A stretch of 64,000 nucleotides of DNA from an uncultured delta proteobacterium (lineage in GTDB: Bacteria; Myxococcota_A; Polyangia; Fen-1088), in contig CAVYGB010000002.1 of the NCBI GenBank assembly GCA_963767925.1, positions 1,344,001 through 1,408,000 of the forward strand, read 5' to 3'. The translations under genes and the position numbers were made by a program. How positions within the stretch are numbered: the first letter of the stretch is position 1; each line of letters opens with the position of its first letter. Of this stretch, positions 42,229 to 53,091 are shown piece by piece. The notes beneath the pieces are model-generated. The model was not told where the DNA came from and made no database searches. It saw nothing but the letters and a program-made list of their open reading frames with translations.

Positions 42229-43336
42229 CTAAAGGGGCAAGACACCTACCGTGTCGCCGGAGCCCACCTGCAGAAGGCGGGCGGTCTCCTCGGGCAGATC
42301 GACGCCTTCTTGCTGGGCCTCTGGCTGGCCGTCTTGCTGCCGCTGCCCGGGCCCCTGGCCAGCGCCCGCGCCGCTCCCCCCGGGGGCCAGCTTCACGAGG
42401 GCCCGGACGGCCAGGAAGAAGGGGGCCGCCGGCCGGGGCGCGGCCACGATGGCCGGGACCCCACCTGGCTCGTCGCCGGCCCGCAGGCTGCGCACCTTCA
42501 GGCGGCGGGTGGCGGCCACCGAGGCGATCTTTTCGGTGCGGCAGTGAAAGTGGGGCCCGCCGTCGAAGGGGTCGATGCGGCTGGCGTATTCGAATCCGGC
42601 CCGCACCAGCATCTTCTCGACCGCCTTGCTGTGGGGGCCCACCTGGCCGATCTGGGCCTGCGCCGCCGGGGGCAACAAGGTGGCGTAGATGGGGTCCTGG
42701 GGGAACAGGGCCCGGATGAACTCCTTGTTCTCGCGCGAGAGGCGGTCGGCCTCCTGGTACGACAGCGCCGGTGAAGTGGCGGCCGAGGGCCTCCCACAGG
42801 GCGCTGGTGCCGTCCGACTCGAGCGGCGGCAGCAGCTCGGACACGACCTCGTCGCGGAAGTCGGCCCGGTGCAGGGCCATGTAGGCGAAGCGCACGTGGA
42901 CCAGGACCTTGCCGAGCTGCTGCGGGTGCCCGCGCAGCTCGGGCAGCAGCACCAGCCCGCCGATCTCGGTGGGGCCGTCGTAGTTGTAGCCGATGCGCAG
43001 CACCTGGTGGCGGATGTGCCGGTCGAGGCTCTCGCTGTAGCGCTCCTCGTCGATCACGTCGAAGAAGATGTGGGGGGCCCGGCGGGTGCCGTGCTGGGCG
43101 AAGATCATCGACGACCCGACCGCCCGCTCGCTGCCGTCGAGGCCCCGCTCGACAAGCACGAACAGCAGCTCGCGCTTGGCCGGCTCGAGCGCCCCGGAGA
43201 ACGACTGCTCCGACCGCTCGATCGACTCGCGCAGGCGGACCGGATCGTTCGGCAGGTTCACCGAGTCGAGGTGGCGGGCCACCTGCTGCAGCGCCGGCAG
43301 ATCGGCGAGCACGGCCGGCCGCACGTAGAAGATCAC
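42229..43336 (-). CDS. astA: Arginine N-succinyltransferase (frameshift near 42765)
   Basis: NLP, TEIGGL, VSEL, WEALGRHF, IGQVGP, IDPFDGGP. Confidence 0.8.
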
Positions 43337-43393
43337 CTTCTTAGTCTAGTCGAGGCGGCCCGCCCCGGCCTGCCCGGGCGGGCTTCCGGGCAC

Positions 43394-44371
43394 TCACAGC
43401 CGCGGCAGGGAGACGCGCAGATCGGCCAGCAGGGGCGCGAGGAAAGGCTCGAAGCCGGTCTCGGGCAGAGGGGGGCGGGGGGGCAAAAAGACGCTGTAGT
43501 CGCGGATCCGGATCGGGGTGCCCCCCTGGCGGGCGACCCGCTGGTTCTCCCGGGCGATCCAGTCGAGGATGCGGGGGAGGGCGCGCACGGCCTCCTGCTG
43601 GGTGTCGTGCAGGAGCAAGATGGCCCGGCCGACGTTGGCCCGGCCGAGCTGGCGGGTGACGTATTCGACGATCTCGTCCTCGCTGCCGCCCTTCCACTCC
43701 TGAGGGTCGAGGCTCCATCCCACCTGCAGCAGATCGCGCTCGCGCAGGGCCTGGTCGAGGCGTCGGCAGCGGGTGCCGTAGGGGGCGCGGAACAGGAGCG
43801 GGCGCAGCCCGGTGGCGGCGCTGATGATCTCCGAGTTGCCGTCGATCTCGTGCTCGAGCAGCTCGTCGGGCTGCCGGCACAGGTTCTGGTGGGTCAAGGT
43901 GTGGTTGGCCACCAGGTGGCCGTGGGTGGCGATCTTGCGGATGAGATCGCTGCGCGCCAGGTCCTGGGGCTTGTTGCCCACCATGTGGCCGGCGTTGATG
44001 AAGAAGATGGCCTTGTGGCCCCGCCGCTCGAGCTCGGCCAGGACCAGGGGCGTGCCGAACAGGTCGGGCCCGTCGTCGAAGGTCAGCACCAGCTCGCGCA
44101 CGCCCCGGGTCACGCGCGGAGGGGCCGGGGCCTGGCCGGGGAGAGGGCGCAGGTAGAGCGGGTAGTCGGGGGCGGTCCGCCGGTGCCGGCCCGCGCCCTC
44201 CGGCTGCTCCGTCGAGGGTGGTAGGACGGCGGGGCCGTCATCGATCTCGGCAGCGAGGTCGGCCCGGCCGGCGGCGGGGCCGCTGGCCACGGGGGGGATG
44301 GTCCCACGCCCCGAGAAGGGGAGGACCATCACCACCGCCGCGAACAGGGCGCTGCAACTGGGCCGGAGCAC
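43394..44371 (-). CDS. Polysaccharide deacetylase (NodB/CE4), exported
   Basis: LTFDDGP, ANHTLTH, FRAPYG, LLLHD. Confidence 0.9.
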   Translation of the reverse strand: MLRPSCSALFAAVVMVLPFSGRGTIPPVASGPAAGRADLAAEIDDGPAVLPPSTEQPEGAGRHRRTAPDYPLYLRPLPGQAPAPPRVTRGVRELVLTFDDGPDLFGTPLVLAELERRGHKAIFFINAGHMVGNKPQDLARSDLIRKIATHGHLVANHTLTHQNLCRQPDELLEHEIDGNSEIISAATGLRPLLFRAPYGTRCRRLDQALRERDLLQVGWSLDPQEWKGGSEDEIVEYVTRQLGRANVGRAILLLHDTQQEAVRALPRILDWIARENQRVARQGGTPIRIRDYSVFLPPRPPLPETGFEPFLAPLLADLRVSLPRL

Positions 44372-44437
44372 CGATGATCACATCGGCTGCCCCGGCGCCA
44401 GGTCGAGAAGAAAATGCGTGTGGTGAGAGGTGGGGGA

Positions 44438-46435
44438 TCAGCCCCCGCCCGCGCCGGCGTCCGGCGTGGGGGCGGGCGAGCCGCCGGGCAGCTCGTAGTA
44501 GTACACGCCGTTGACGTTGTCCCCGCCGCCGGTGAGCGTGTAGAGGATGCCCTTGAAGCGGGGCGACGTGCCGTCGGTCGGCTGGGCGTCGAGCACGATG
44601 TGGAAGAAGCGGTCGGCCCGCTCCTGGATGGTGACCGGCGCGCTCATCGTGGTGCCGTTGAGGAGGGCGTACTTGAGCGTGACCTGGTTGCCGTTGCTCT
44701 GGTCGGAGTAGAGGATCAGGCGGTCGTTGTCGACGAACCAGAAGTCGACGTTGTTGGCCCACTTCTTCTTCTTGCTGACGTTGGCGCAGTCGCCCGGCTC
44801 GGTCAGCCAGCCTTCGGCCGACAGGGTGAGCGAGTCGTAGTTGTCGGCCCAGAAGATGAGCTGGCTGCCGAGGGTGAAGGGGAACCCGAAGATCCCGCCC
44901 AGGTTGGCGCTGGTCAGCGAGCAGGCGTTGGCCCCCGTGCTGCGGACCACCCAGATGTCCGAAGTCGGCGAGTCCATCGAGAAGTCGAGGGCGTACAGGT
45001 TGAAGTCCAGCTTCGGCGCCGGGATGGGCAGCGAGCGGGTGGCCGGCGCCACCGAGACGACGTTGGTGTCGACGTCGAGCGACCCGGCCGGATCCTTGAT
45101 GATGGAGTAGGCGCCGCGGCCCATGACCAGACCCGACAGGATGCCGACGCCGGAGTCGACCCCGGCCTCGTTCACCAGCACCCGGTAGGCGCCGACGCCG
45201 TTCATGGTGCCGCTCGGCACGCGCATGCCCTTGAGCTCGCGGGGGTTCAACCCGCTGGGGAAGTCCGCCACCACGAGGGTGCCGGACTGGTTGCCCATGG
45301 CGTTGTAGTTGTAGTCCTTGAAGTAGTAGATCTTCTGGCCGTTGGCCGAGATGGTCCAGCGGGTGGCGTTTTCGCCACCGGGCAAGGGCGTCAGGGCCAC
45401 GCCGGCCTTGCCGATGTCGTCGGTGGCGATGGTGCCGATCTTCTCGACGTCGGCCATGGTGGGGCCGCCGGTGGAGAGGACCAGGGTGGTCCCGGTGGCG
45501 TTGAAGCCGACCCGCCAGCGGGCCGCCTGGGTGGTGGGGTGCGAGGGGTAGATCTTGTTGTCCGGGTTGCCGTTGGGAACGATCGGCACCTCGGTGGTCC
45601 CCATCATCTTCACGAGCGGAAGCGCGGGCGCCTGGGCCGGGACCTCCTGGCCGGGGACGTTGCCGCCGCGGAGGGTGAACCACCCCGGCTCCTCGCCGTC
45701 GGGGCTGCTCGGGTTGGTGACGCAGATGCCGACGACCTTGTTGACCAGTGTCTTGCCGAAGTCGACGTAGCGCTGGCCGGCGACCGCGCAGTCGAACACG
45801 TCGTCACCGACCCGGGTGGCATTCGGCGAGCCGATGGTGTGGGCCCAGACGTCGCCCTGGAACAGGTCCGAGGCGGCCGAGACCGGGTCGCTGAGGTAGA
45901 TGAACGTGTTGCCCGAGGCGCGCGCGGAGTCCTCCGGGTAGGCGGGGCCACCTTCGGGACGCGCGGTGTACAGCGTGTTGGTCGCCTTGACGCAAAGCCC
46001 GGGGATGTCGCAGGTCGAGCCCGACAGGGTCATGCCCTGGGCGGCGGCCTTGGTGACGTTGACGAACCAGAGCTCGCGCTGGGTGAGGGCCACGGGCCGG
46101 CTCACCGCGCACCAGCGCTCGGCGCCGGGGCCGAAGGTGCAGCCGTTCTGGAACGAGCCGAGCAGGTCGGTTTGCCCGGGGAGGATCTTCTTCGACGCCG
46201 GGTTGGGGACCGGCGGGGGCGTGTCGGGGGCCAGCCGGGCGTCGGGCGTGCCGCCGCTGCCGCCGGTGCCGCCGCCGCCGCTGCCGCCGCTGCCGCCGCT
46301 GCCGCCGGTCGAGGTGGGGCGTTCCGCCGAGCCGTCGGTGACGGTCCCTCCCGAGTCACCCTCACAGCCGGATGAGAGGAAGGCAAAGGAGACGAGTCCG
46401 GCTAAGGTGCATAGGGGAAGCGAACGTGCGCGCAT
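44438..46435 (-). CDS. Large hypothetical lipoprotein, beta-rich
   Basis: Lipobox SSGC, G/S linker, 665-aa clean ORF, AGGAGG RBS. Confidence 0.8.
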   Translation of the reverse strand: MRARSLPLCTLAGLVSFAFLSSGCEGDSGGTVTDGSAERPTSTGGSGGSGGSGGGGTGGSGGTPDARLAPDTPPPVPNPASKKILPGQTDLLGSFQNGCTFGPGAERWCAVSRPVALTQRELWFVNVTKAAAQGMTLSGSTCDIPGLCVKATNTLYTARPEGGPAYPEDSARASGNTFIYLSDPVSAASDLFQGDVWAHTIGSPNATRVGDDVFDCAVAGQRYVDFGKTLVNKVVGICVTNPSSPDGEEPGWFTLRGGNVPGQEVPAQAPALPLVKMMGTTEVPIVPNGNPDNKIYPSHPTTQAARWRVGFNATGTTLVLSTGGPTMADVEKIGTIATDDIGKAGVALTPLPGGENATRWTISANGQKIYYFKDYNYNAMGNQSGTLVVADFPSGLNPRELKGMRVPSGTMNGVGAYRVLVNEAGVDSGVGILSGLVMGRGAYSIIKDPAGSLDVDTNVVSVAPATRSLPIPAPKLDFNLYALDFSMDSPTSDIWVVRSTGANACSLTSANLGGIFGFPFTLGSQLIFWADNYDSLTLSAEGWLTEPGDCANVSKKKKWANNVDFWFVDNDRLILYSDQSNGNQVTLKYALLNGTTMSAPVTIQERADRFFHIVLDAQPTDGTSPRFKGILYTLTGGGDNVNGVYYYELPGGSPAPTPDAGAGGG

Positions 46436-46661
46436 GGAACCTCCTGATGGCTGAGGGATTGGACCCCCGAACGCCCATCAGCGGCAATAACAAAACAATC
46501 TGCGGCAGAACCATCCCCGCAGGCAACGCCTTGCGCTGTCAGCCACGGCGATCGCGCCCGCCCCACCCGCAATCCCCGACGGTGGGGCCCGACGGCTGCG
46601 AGGGTCTCGCGCGCGCCCGCACGCTCGCAACAACATCGAGCGCGCAGGCGTCCACCAGAGA

Positions 46662-47319
46662 CCCCTCACCCCGTCCCTCTCCCCGCTACCGCGGGGCGAG
46701 GGCGATCGGGCAACGGGGAGCGGAGACCTCGGACGAAGCGGCCGAAGATTCGCCCGCTCGCAAGGTGATCGTGGCAGCGAGGGAGTTGTTCGCCCTCGCC
46801 CCGCGGCAGCGGGGAGAGGGAGGGGTGAGGGGGCCCGCTCGCAAGGTGATCGTGGCAGCGAGGGAGTTGTTCGCCCTCGCCCCGCGGCAGCGGGGAGAGG
46901 GAGGGGTGAGGGGGCCCGCTCGCAAGGTGATCGCGGCAGCGAGGGAGTTGTTCGCCCTCGCCCCGCGGCAGCGGGGAGAGGGAGGGGTGAGGGGGCCCGC
47001 TCGCAAGGTGATCGCGGCAGCGAGGGAGTTGTTCGCCCTCGCCCCGCGGCAGCGGGGAGAGGGAGGGGTGAGGGGGCCCGCTCGCAAGGTGATCGCGGCA
47101 GCGAGGGAGTTGTTCGCCCTCGCCCCGCGGCAGCGGGGAGAGGGAGGGGTGAGGGGGCCCGCTCGCAAGGTGATCGCGGCAGCGAGGGAGTTGTTCGCCC
47201 TCGCCCCGCGGCAGCGGGGAGAGGGAGGGGTGAGGGGGCCCGCTCGCAAGGTGATCGCGGCAGCGAGGGAGTTGTTCGCCCTCGCCCCGCGGCAGCGGGG
47301 AGAGGGAGGGGTGAGGGGG
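46662..47319. repeat. Inverted REP pair with right arm amplified as 7 x 81 bp (locus 4)
   Basis: Forward REP 46662-46705; CCCGCTCGCAAGG unit starts at 46753, 46834, 46915, 46996, 47077, 47158, 47239. Confidence 0.95.
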
Positions 47320-47325
47320 GGCGGG

Positions 47326-47835
47326 TCAGAAGGGGATGTCGTCGTCGTTGGGGCCGGGGCCGGAGCTCGGCTCGGGGGAGTCGGAGCTCGGGGCTCCGCC
47401 CTCGTCGCCCCAGCCGCCGCGTCCGCCACCACCACCGCCACCCTGCTGTCCGCCGCCACCCTGCTGTCCGCGGCGCGCGCCGCCGCCGCCGCCGCCTTCA
47501 CCCGACGCGCCGCTCAGGAACACCACGCGGTCGGCGACCACGTCGGTGCTGTAGCGCTTTTTGCCTTCCTTGTCGTCCCAGGACCGGGTCTGCAGCCGGC
47601 CTTCCACGTAGACGCTGCGCCCCTTGCTGAGATACTTCGAGCAGTGCTCCGCCTGTTCGCCCCACACCGTCACCCGGTGCCACTCGGTGCGCTCCTGGCG
47701 CTGCCCGGCCTTGTCCTTGAAGACCTCGTTGGTGGCGAGGCTCAGGTTGCAGACCGGGCGGTTGCTCGGTGTGTACTTCAGCTCGGGATCTGCGCCCAGG
47801 TTGCCGATGAGGATGACTTTGTTGACGCTTCCCAT
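47326..47835 (-). CDS. ssb: Single-stranded DNA-binding protein
   Basis: [33 protein letters not shown]-rich linker, DDDIPF tail. Confidence 0.97.
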   Translation of the reverse strand: MGSVNKVILIGNLGADPELKYTPSNRPVCNLSLATNEVFKDKAGQRQERTEWHRVTVWGEQAEHCSKYLSKGRSVYVEGRLQTRSWDDKEGKKRYSTDVVADRVVFLSGASGEGGGGGGARRGQQGGGGQQGGGGGGGRGGWGDEGGAPSSDSPEPSSGPGPNDDDIPF

Positions 47836-47936
47836 ATGACGAGCCTCTCCCTTCCAGCCACCTATAGCACTGACGACGAGGTGAGGGCAGGTCATCGGCG
47901 ACCGGGCGCGGGGAGTTTCCGCGGAAAGGTGCTTTC

Positions 47937-50162
47937 GTGAACACGCTGTTCGTGATCCCATTGCTGGGGCTCGCGGCGGCCGCCGCGACCGCGGAGCCGT
48001 CGGCGGTGCTCGATCAGTTCCGGCGCGGGCACGAGGCCTTCCGGGCGGGCGACTACCCGGCGGCCGCGCGCCTGCTCGAGGGGCTCGCCGATCGCCTGCC
48101 GCGCACGCGCGATCACGCCCTGTATTTCCTGGCGGAGAGCGAGTTCTTCGCCGGCCGCCCGGCGCGCGCCCGCCCGCTCTACGAGGAGCTGGGGCGGCTG
48201 CCCCGCTCGCCGCTCAAGCCGGCGGCGGCCTACCGGGTGGCCGACTGCCAGTGGGCCGAGGGGAACCGGGCCGAGGCGGTCGCCACCTACCGCCGGCTGC
48301 TGGGCCCGTCGGCCGAAGGCAACGCCAGCCGCCGCAGCGAAAAGCCGCCCGCCGCCGCCTCCACCCCGGGCGCCCCGGTGCCCGACGTCGTCGTGGCGCG
48401 CTTTCGCATCGCCCAGCTCCTGGCCGAGCAGGCCCGGCGCGAGGGGCGACCCGATCCGGCGGCCAGCGAGCGGGCCCTGAAGGCCTACCGGACCTTGCAC
48501 CTCGAGTTCCCCAGCCACCCGCTGGCCGAGCGGGCCGCCCAGGAGGCCGGCACCCTGGGGCCGCCCCCGGCGGCGGATCAGGCGGCGGCGCCGGCCGCTC
48601 CTGCCCTGGCCCCCACCCCCGAGGAGCGCATCGCCCGCGCCGAGACGCTGGCTGGCGAGCGCCGCTTCGAGGCGGCGGTCGCGGAGCTGGAGAAGGTGCC
48701 GGCCGGGCTGCCCGCCGCCCTGGCCGCCGAGCGCGACCTGCTGCTCGGCATGACGATCTACCGCATGCGCAGCGACTACGGCCGGGCGGCGAAGCTGCTG
48801 CTGGGCGCGGTCGACGGGCTGTCGGGGGACAAGGCCGCCTCGGCCGCGTTCCACGGGACGCGCGCGCTGTCCCGGGTCCACCGCGACGACGAGGCCATCG
48901 CCGGCTACCGCAAGTTCGCCCAGCGCTTCGCCAGCTCGCGCTTCGCCTCCGAGGCCCAGTTCCTGGCGGGCTGGCTCGAGCTGAACCGGGGGCGGGTGCG
49001 GGAGGCCATCCCCGGGCTCGAGGAGACCGTGCAGCGCTTTCCTCGCACGGCCTTCGCCGAGGACGCCGCCTGGTTCGCGGCCCTGAGCCACATCCTGCTG
49101 GGCAACGGGCCGGCGGCGCTGCCGGCGCTCGAGCGGTTCGAGAAAATGGCGGGGCGCGGGGCGCAGGGGGCCGAGTCGATCCGGCGGGCGCAGTACTTCC
49201 GGGGCCGGGCCCTGCACATGGCCGGCAAGAAGGCGGAGGCCCGCGCCCTGTGGAGCCAGCTCCAGCAGCGGCAGCCCTTCTCCTACTACGGGCTGCTGTC
49301 GGCCAGCCGCCTGCGCGAGCTGGGCGAGCGGCCCGCCCTGCGCCTGCCCGACTGGAACGGCAAGCTCGAGCAGCCGAGCAAGCTCTCCGACGCCACCGTC
49401 CTGCGCTCCGACGAGCTGGCGGCGGCCGGCCTCGACGTCGAGGCGGGGCTCGAGCTGGCCCGGGACGAGTCGGCCGTGCTGGGCCGGCTGGGGCGCGAGC
49501 GCGGGCTGGCGCTGCTGCTGGAACGGTACCCGCGCTTCTCCCACTGGCGGCGGGCCAACCAGCTCGCCGAATCCCAGGGCAGCGCCGCCCTCGGCTCGAC
49601 CCCCAGCGGGGCGGCCCGCGTCTTCTGGGAGGCGGCCTATCCGCGGGCCTACCCCGATCTGGTCGAGCGCTACGGCCCGCCCGGGGGGAACCCCGACCTG
49701 TTCCTCTACGCCATCATGCTCAAGGAGTCGCGCTTTTTACCCACCGACGTCTCCTACGCCGACGCCCGCGGGCTGCTGCAGATGTTGCCCGCGACGAGCA
49801 GCAAGGTGGCGGCCGAGCTGAGCACCCCCTTCTCCGACGAGGAGCTGTTCCAGCCGGAGGTGAACGTGCGCCTGGGGGCCCACTACATCGGCGGCTTGAT
49901 CCGCAAGTTCCGGGGCAACCTGGCCCTGGCGGCCGGGGCCTACAACGGGGGCGCGATCGCCATGATGCGCTGGTGCGACCGCAACGGGACCCGCTCGCTC
50001 GACGAGTTCGTCGAGCTGGTGACCTACGAGCAGTCGCGCGAATACATCAAGCGGGTCCTGCAGATCCTGTCGCGCTATCAGTACCTCTACCGCGGGACTC
50101 CCCTCGAGGTCTCCCTGACCGTCCCCGGCTGCCGCTACGACCCGGCCGGCCCGAACTACTGA
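47937..50162 (+). CDS. Slt-type lytic transglycosylase with TPR repeats
   Basis: Signal peptide, TPRs, [25 protein letters not shown]. Confidence 0.9.
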   Translation: MNTLFVIPLLGLAAAAATAEPSAVLDQFRRGHEAFRAGDYPAAARLLEGLADRLPRTRDHALYFLAESEFFAGRPARARPLYEELGRLPRSPLKPAAAYRVADCQWAEGNRAEAVATYRRLLGPSAEGNASRRSEKPPAAASTPGAPVPDVVVARFRIAQLLAEQARREGRPDPAASERALKAYRTLHLEFPSHPLAERAAQEAGTLGPPPAADQAAAPAAPALAPTPEERIARAETLAGERRFEAAVAELEKVPAGLPAALAAERDLLLGMTIYRMRSDYGRAAKLLLGAVDGLSGDKAASAAFHGTRALSRVHRDDEAIAGYRKFAQRFASSRFASEAQFLAGWLELNRGRVREAIPGLEETVQRFPRTAFAEDAAWFAALSHILLGNGPAALPALERFEKMAGRGAQGAESIRRAQYFRGRALHMAGKKAEARALWSQLQQRQPFSYYGLLSASRLRELGERPALRLPDWNGKLEQPSKLSDATVLRSDELAAAGLDVEAGLELARDESAVLGRLGRERGLALLLERYPRFSHWRRANQLAESQGSAALGSTPSGAARVFWEAAYPRAYPDLVERYGPPGGNPDLFLYAIMLKESRFLPTDVSYADARGLLQMLPATSSKVAAELSTPFSDEELFQPEVNVRLGAHYIGGLIRKFRGNLALAAGAYNGGAIAMMRWCDRNGTRSLDEFVELVTYEQSREYIKRVLQILSRYQYLYRGTPLEVSLTVPGCRYDPAGPNY

Positions 50163-50210
50163 AAGGCGGGGCCGCTCGGCGCCGGGCGGAGTCGCTGCTA
50201 AGATCGGGGG

Positions 50211-50429
50211 ATGGCGAAGCTCAAGGGGACGATCCGGAAGAACGATCTGGAAGGTGGCTTTTTCCAGTTCATCGCCGAGGACGGGACGGCCTACGAGCTG
50301 GAGGGCAGCGACCCGCTCCTGTCGCGCGATGGCGCCCGGGTCGAGATAGACGGCACCGTCGATCGGCAGGCGATGTCCTTCACCATGAGCGGACCCCGCC
50401 TGAAGGTCACCTCGATCAAGGCGATCTGA
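50211..50429 (+). CDS. Small OB-fold-like protein (DUF5818-like)
   Basis: LEGG...DG..YEL.G...G.RV.I.G pattern, 72 aa. Confidence 0.65.
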   Translation: MAKLKGTIRKNDLEGGFFQFIAEDGTAYELEGSDPLLSRDGARVEIDGTVDRQAMSFTMSGPRLKVTSIKAI

Positions 50430-50437
50430 GCCCGCGC

Positions 50438-52876
50438 TCAGCGGCTGGTGCTGCTGGCGATCAGGACGCGGGCGTCGGCGCGCAGGCCGCTCGGCACCTC
50501 GACGATCACGCGGTCGCCCACGTCGAGGCCCTGGGTGACGGTGGCGCCACCGGGGCCCCGATCGGCCACCGCCACCACCCGCATCTCGGCCCGGCCGCTG
50601 GGCGGGACCACGAACAGGCGATCGCTGTCGCCCACCCGCACGAGGGCGGAGAGGGGGACCGAGAAGACGGCGTCGAGCCGGTCGCGCGCCAGGCGCACCG
50701 ACTTGCCGTCGAGCCCGGGGTCGTTGGGCAGCTCGATCGCGACGTGGGTCTCGTCGCCGCCGTCGGCGGCCAGGCTGCACTCGAGGGGCTTGCCCTCGAC
50801 CTCGGCCCGGCAAAAGCCGAGCTGGCGGGCCCGGTCCGCGTCGGCCTTGGGCAGCTCGAAGCTGGCCCGGAAGCCGCTGCTCTTGAGGCGCAGCACCGGA
50901 TCGCCCGCCTGCACGGTGGCGCCGCGGGCGACCAGCGCCTCGGCCACCTCGCCGGCAGCGGAGGCCAGCAGGGCGTGGGCGGCGAAGGCCTCCTGGGCCT
51001 CGGTGATGAGCCGCTTCTTCTCCGCGATCTTGGTCTCGGCGTCGCGCAGGCGGACCCGGTTGTCCTGCTGGGTCATGGTGTCGCGCATCTGCTCGTAGTA
51101 GGCGAGGCGCGACTTGTTGTGGCTGATGGCGCCCCGGAAGGGCTTGGCGCTCTCGAGCATGGCCAGCACGTCCCCGGCCGCGAAGCGCGTCCCCTCGGGC
51201 ACCACCTCGGCCACCTTGCCCTCGCGGGGCAGGGTGAGGGGGGCGCCGCCGGTCTGCTGCACACGCGCGGTCCCGTCCCACCAGCGGTACACCGAGGAGG
51301 GGCTCGGCACGACGACCCGCACGCTGATGGGCGGCGGCTCGCTGGTGGCGAAGAACTTGTAGACCATCACGAACACGACCAGGGCGGCGCCCACCCCGAG
51401 GGCGCCGTAGGCCAGCCAGATCCGGCGGGTGGCGGTGGCGGGGCGGGCCCGCTCGGGGGTGATGAACCGTCGGGTCATCGACAGCTCGAGCCGCTGCACG
51501 GGCGCGGTCGGATCTTCGGCCACCGGCGGCGGGAACGAGGGGTCGCCGGTGTTCATGACCGGCTGGTCGAGATCCGGGTCCGCTCCCGCCGGTAGCTCGG
51601 CGGCCGCGGCGGCGGCGGCCGCGTCGACCTCGGCGAACGGATCGGGCTCCAGGGAGGCCTCGTCCAGGTCGGAGGTGAACCCCGGCGACACGTGCGGCTC
51701 GGTGGGGGCGAGCCCCAGGGGCACCGGCGACGGCTCGGCCGCCTGACTTGCCGGCGCGGGGACCAGCCGCAGGGAGGGCGCCGGCTCGGGTGCCGGCGAT
51801 AGCGGTTTCCACGAGCGGGGCGAGTCGGCGGGGCTGGTGCCCGCCGCGCCCGCGGGCTGCGCGGTCCGCAGCTCGCCCGAGGCGTACGCGCCGTTGCCCG
51901 AGCGGAAGGCGGGACCGGCCTCCGGCGCCGGCGCGGCGGGCGAGGGCGGGGCGAGCACCGGCGTCGGCTCGCCCGGGGTGGGCGTGGTGAAGGGGTTGGG
52001 CACCGGCGCGGGGCCCGTGAAGGCGCCGGGCACCGGCGCGGCCACGGAGAACGGATTGGGACCCGGGGTGGAGGTGGCGAACGGGTTGGGCGACGGCGAC
52101 GACGGGGTAAACGCGCTGGGCGCCGGCCCGGACGCCGCGGAGTAGGGGCTGCTCGTGGAGCTCGCCGCGGGCGAGGAGGAAGATCCGGAGGAGAAGGAAG
52201 GCGCGCCGCCGGCCCCGGCCGAGAGCCCGGGCAGCGGGTTGGGGGGCGCGCCCGGCGCGGTGAACACCATCGGCGGCGTCTTCGGCGCGGGGGGCGCCGC
52301 GAAGAAGACCGGCGGGGGCGGCACCGCCATCACCGGCGCGCGGGCCACCGCGGGCAGCGAGGGGGCGGTCGGCGTCGGGCTCGTGCTCGCTTGCGAGGCC
52401 TGCGCCGCGGGCGGCTCGTCGGGCGTGCTCTCGCTCGCCTCGATCCGATCGGGCTCGGGCGTGCGCGGCTCCGGGGCCTGCGCGGCCAGCACCGGCGTCT
52501 CCTCCGCTTCGCCCGCCTCATCGAGGCCGTTGCCGCTGGCGAGGTTGTCATCGTCGGCGGGCAGCGGCGGGAAGACGCCGCCGCTTTCGGAGCTGGAGCC
52601 GTTCTCGAGGTTCTCGAGAAAGCCGAGCGCCTGGAGCTGATCGGCGAAGGCCGCGAGCTGCTCGGTGGTCAGCTCGAGCTCGGCGTGGTTGCGCAGATCG
52701 ATCGCCACCTGATCGAGCGGCCGTCCATCGAGCGCGAGCGCGACGGTGTGCTCGAAGTCGTAGAAGCGGAAGGCCTTGCCCGAGTGGGGATCCGTCACCT
52801 CGACGAAGAGCACCCCCTCCGCCTCCACGTTGGTGGCCTGCATGTCTCGACGGAACCGCGGAGACCCTCCTCCCAT
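50438..52876 (-). CDS. PqqD-like N-domain + Pro-rich linker + TM + membrane-fusion-protein-like domain
   Basis: N-terminal PRFRRD..DPHSGKAFRF..LDG..L.ALGFLE; TM WLAYGALGVGAALVVFVMVY; GKVAEV, helical hairpin, GATVQAGDPV, VPLSAL, GLDVGDRVIV. Confidence 0.8.
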   Translation of the reverse strand: MGGGSPRFRRDMQATNVEAEGVLFVEVTDPHSGKAFRFYDFEHTVALALDGRPLDQVAIDLRNHAELELTTEQLAAFADQLQALGFLENLENGSSSESGGVFPPLPADDDNLASGNGLDEAGEAEETPVLAAQAPEPRTPEPDRIEASESTPDEPPAAQASQASTSPTPTAPSLPAVARAPVMAVPPPPVFFAAPPAPKTPPMVFTAPGAPPNPLPGLSAGAGGAPSFSSGSSSSPAASSTSSPYSAASGPAPSAFTPSSPSPNPFATSTPGPNPFSVAAPVPGAFTGPAPVPNPFTTPTPGEPTPVLAPPSPAAPAPEAGPAFRSGNGAYASGELRTAQPAGAAGTSPADSPRSWKPLSPAPEPAPSLRLVPAPASQAAEPSPVPLGLAPTEPHVSPGFTSDLDEASLEPDPFAEVDAAAAAAAAELPAGADPDLDQPVMNTGDPSFPPPVAEDPTAPVQRLELSMTRRFITPERARPATATRRIWLAYGALGVGAALVVFVMVYKFFATSEPPPISVRVVVPSPSSVYRWWDGTARVQQTGGAPLTLPREGKVAEVVPEGTRFAAGDVLAMLESAKPFRGAISHNKSRLAYYEQMRDTMTQQDNRVRLRDAETKIAEKKRLITEAQEAFAAHALLASAAGEVAEALVARGATVQAGDPVLRLKSSGFRASFELPKADADRARQLGFCRAEVEGKPLECSLAADGGDETHVAIELPNDPGLDGKSVRLARDRLDAVFSVPLSALVRVGDSDRLFVVPPSGRAEMRVVAVADRGPGGATVTQGLDVGDRVIVEVPSGLRADARVLIASSTSR

Positions 52877-53091
52877 GAATGTAACTTTATTACGAAGTGG
52901 GGCGCCGGCTGAACCTGAAACACCGTCTCGGTTGCAAAGCGTGCCGAATACTTCGCCGCTCGCCCGGGATTCCGTACGTCTAATTACTTGCTACTACTTG
53001 CACCACTTGCCGACGGGCCGGCATCTCCCACCCGGATCCGACCGGTCGTGGCGCCCCCCGGCGGGTGGACGCCGGCGCCGCCGGCCCCCGG

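Noticed and set aside
46753..47319. CRISPR array (also considered for 5767-6041, 14126-14479 and 58704-59250)
   Set aside because: Intervening sequences are near-identical within each array rather than unique spacers, and no cas genes are present.
46372..47940. ORFs with 27-aa repeats ([27 protein letters not shown]), and similar ORFs at 57950-59425 and 5287-6000
   Set aside because: They are translations of stop-free non-coding repeat arrays whose unit length is often a multiple of 3; they overlap real genes antisense.
52930..52948. Sigma54 promoter (minus strand CGGCACGCTTTGCAA) upstream of the PqqD-like-MFP gene
   Set aside because: GG-to-GC spacing is 8 nt rather than the required 10.
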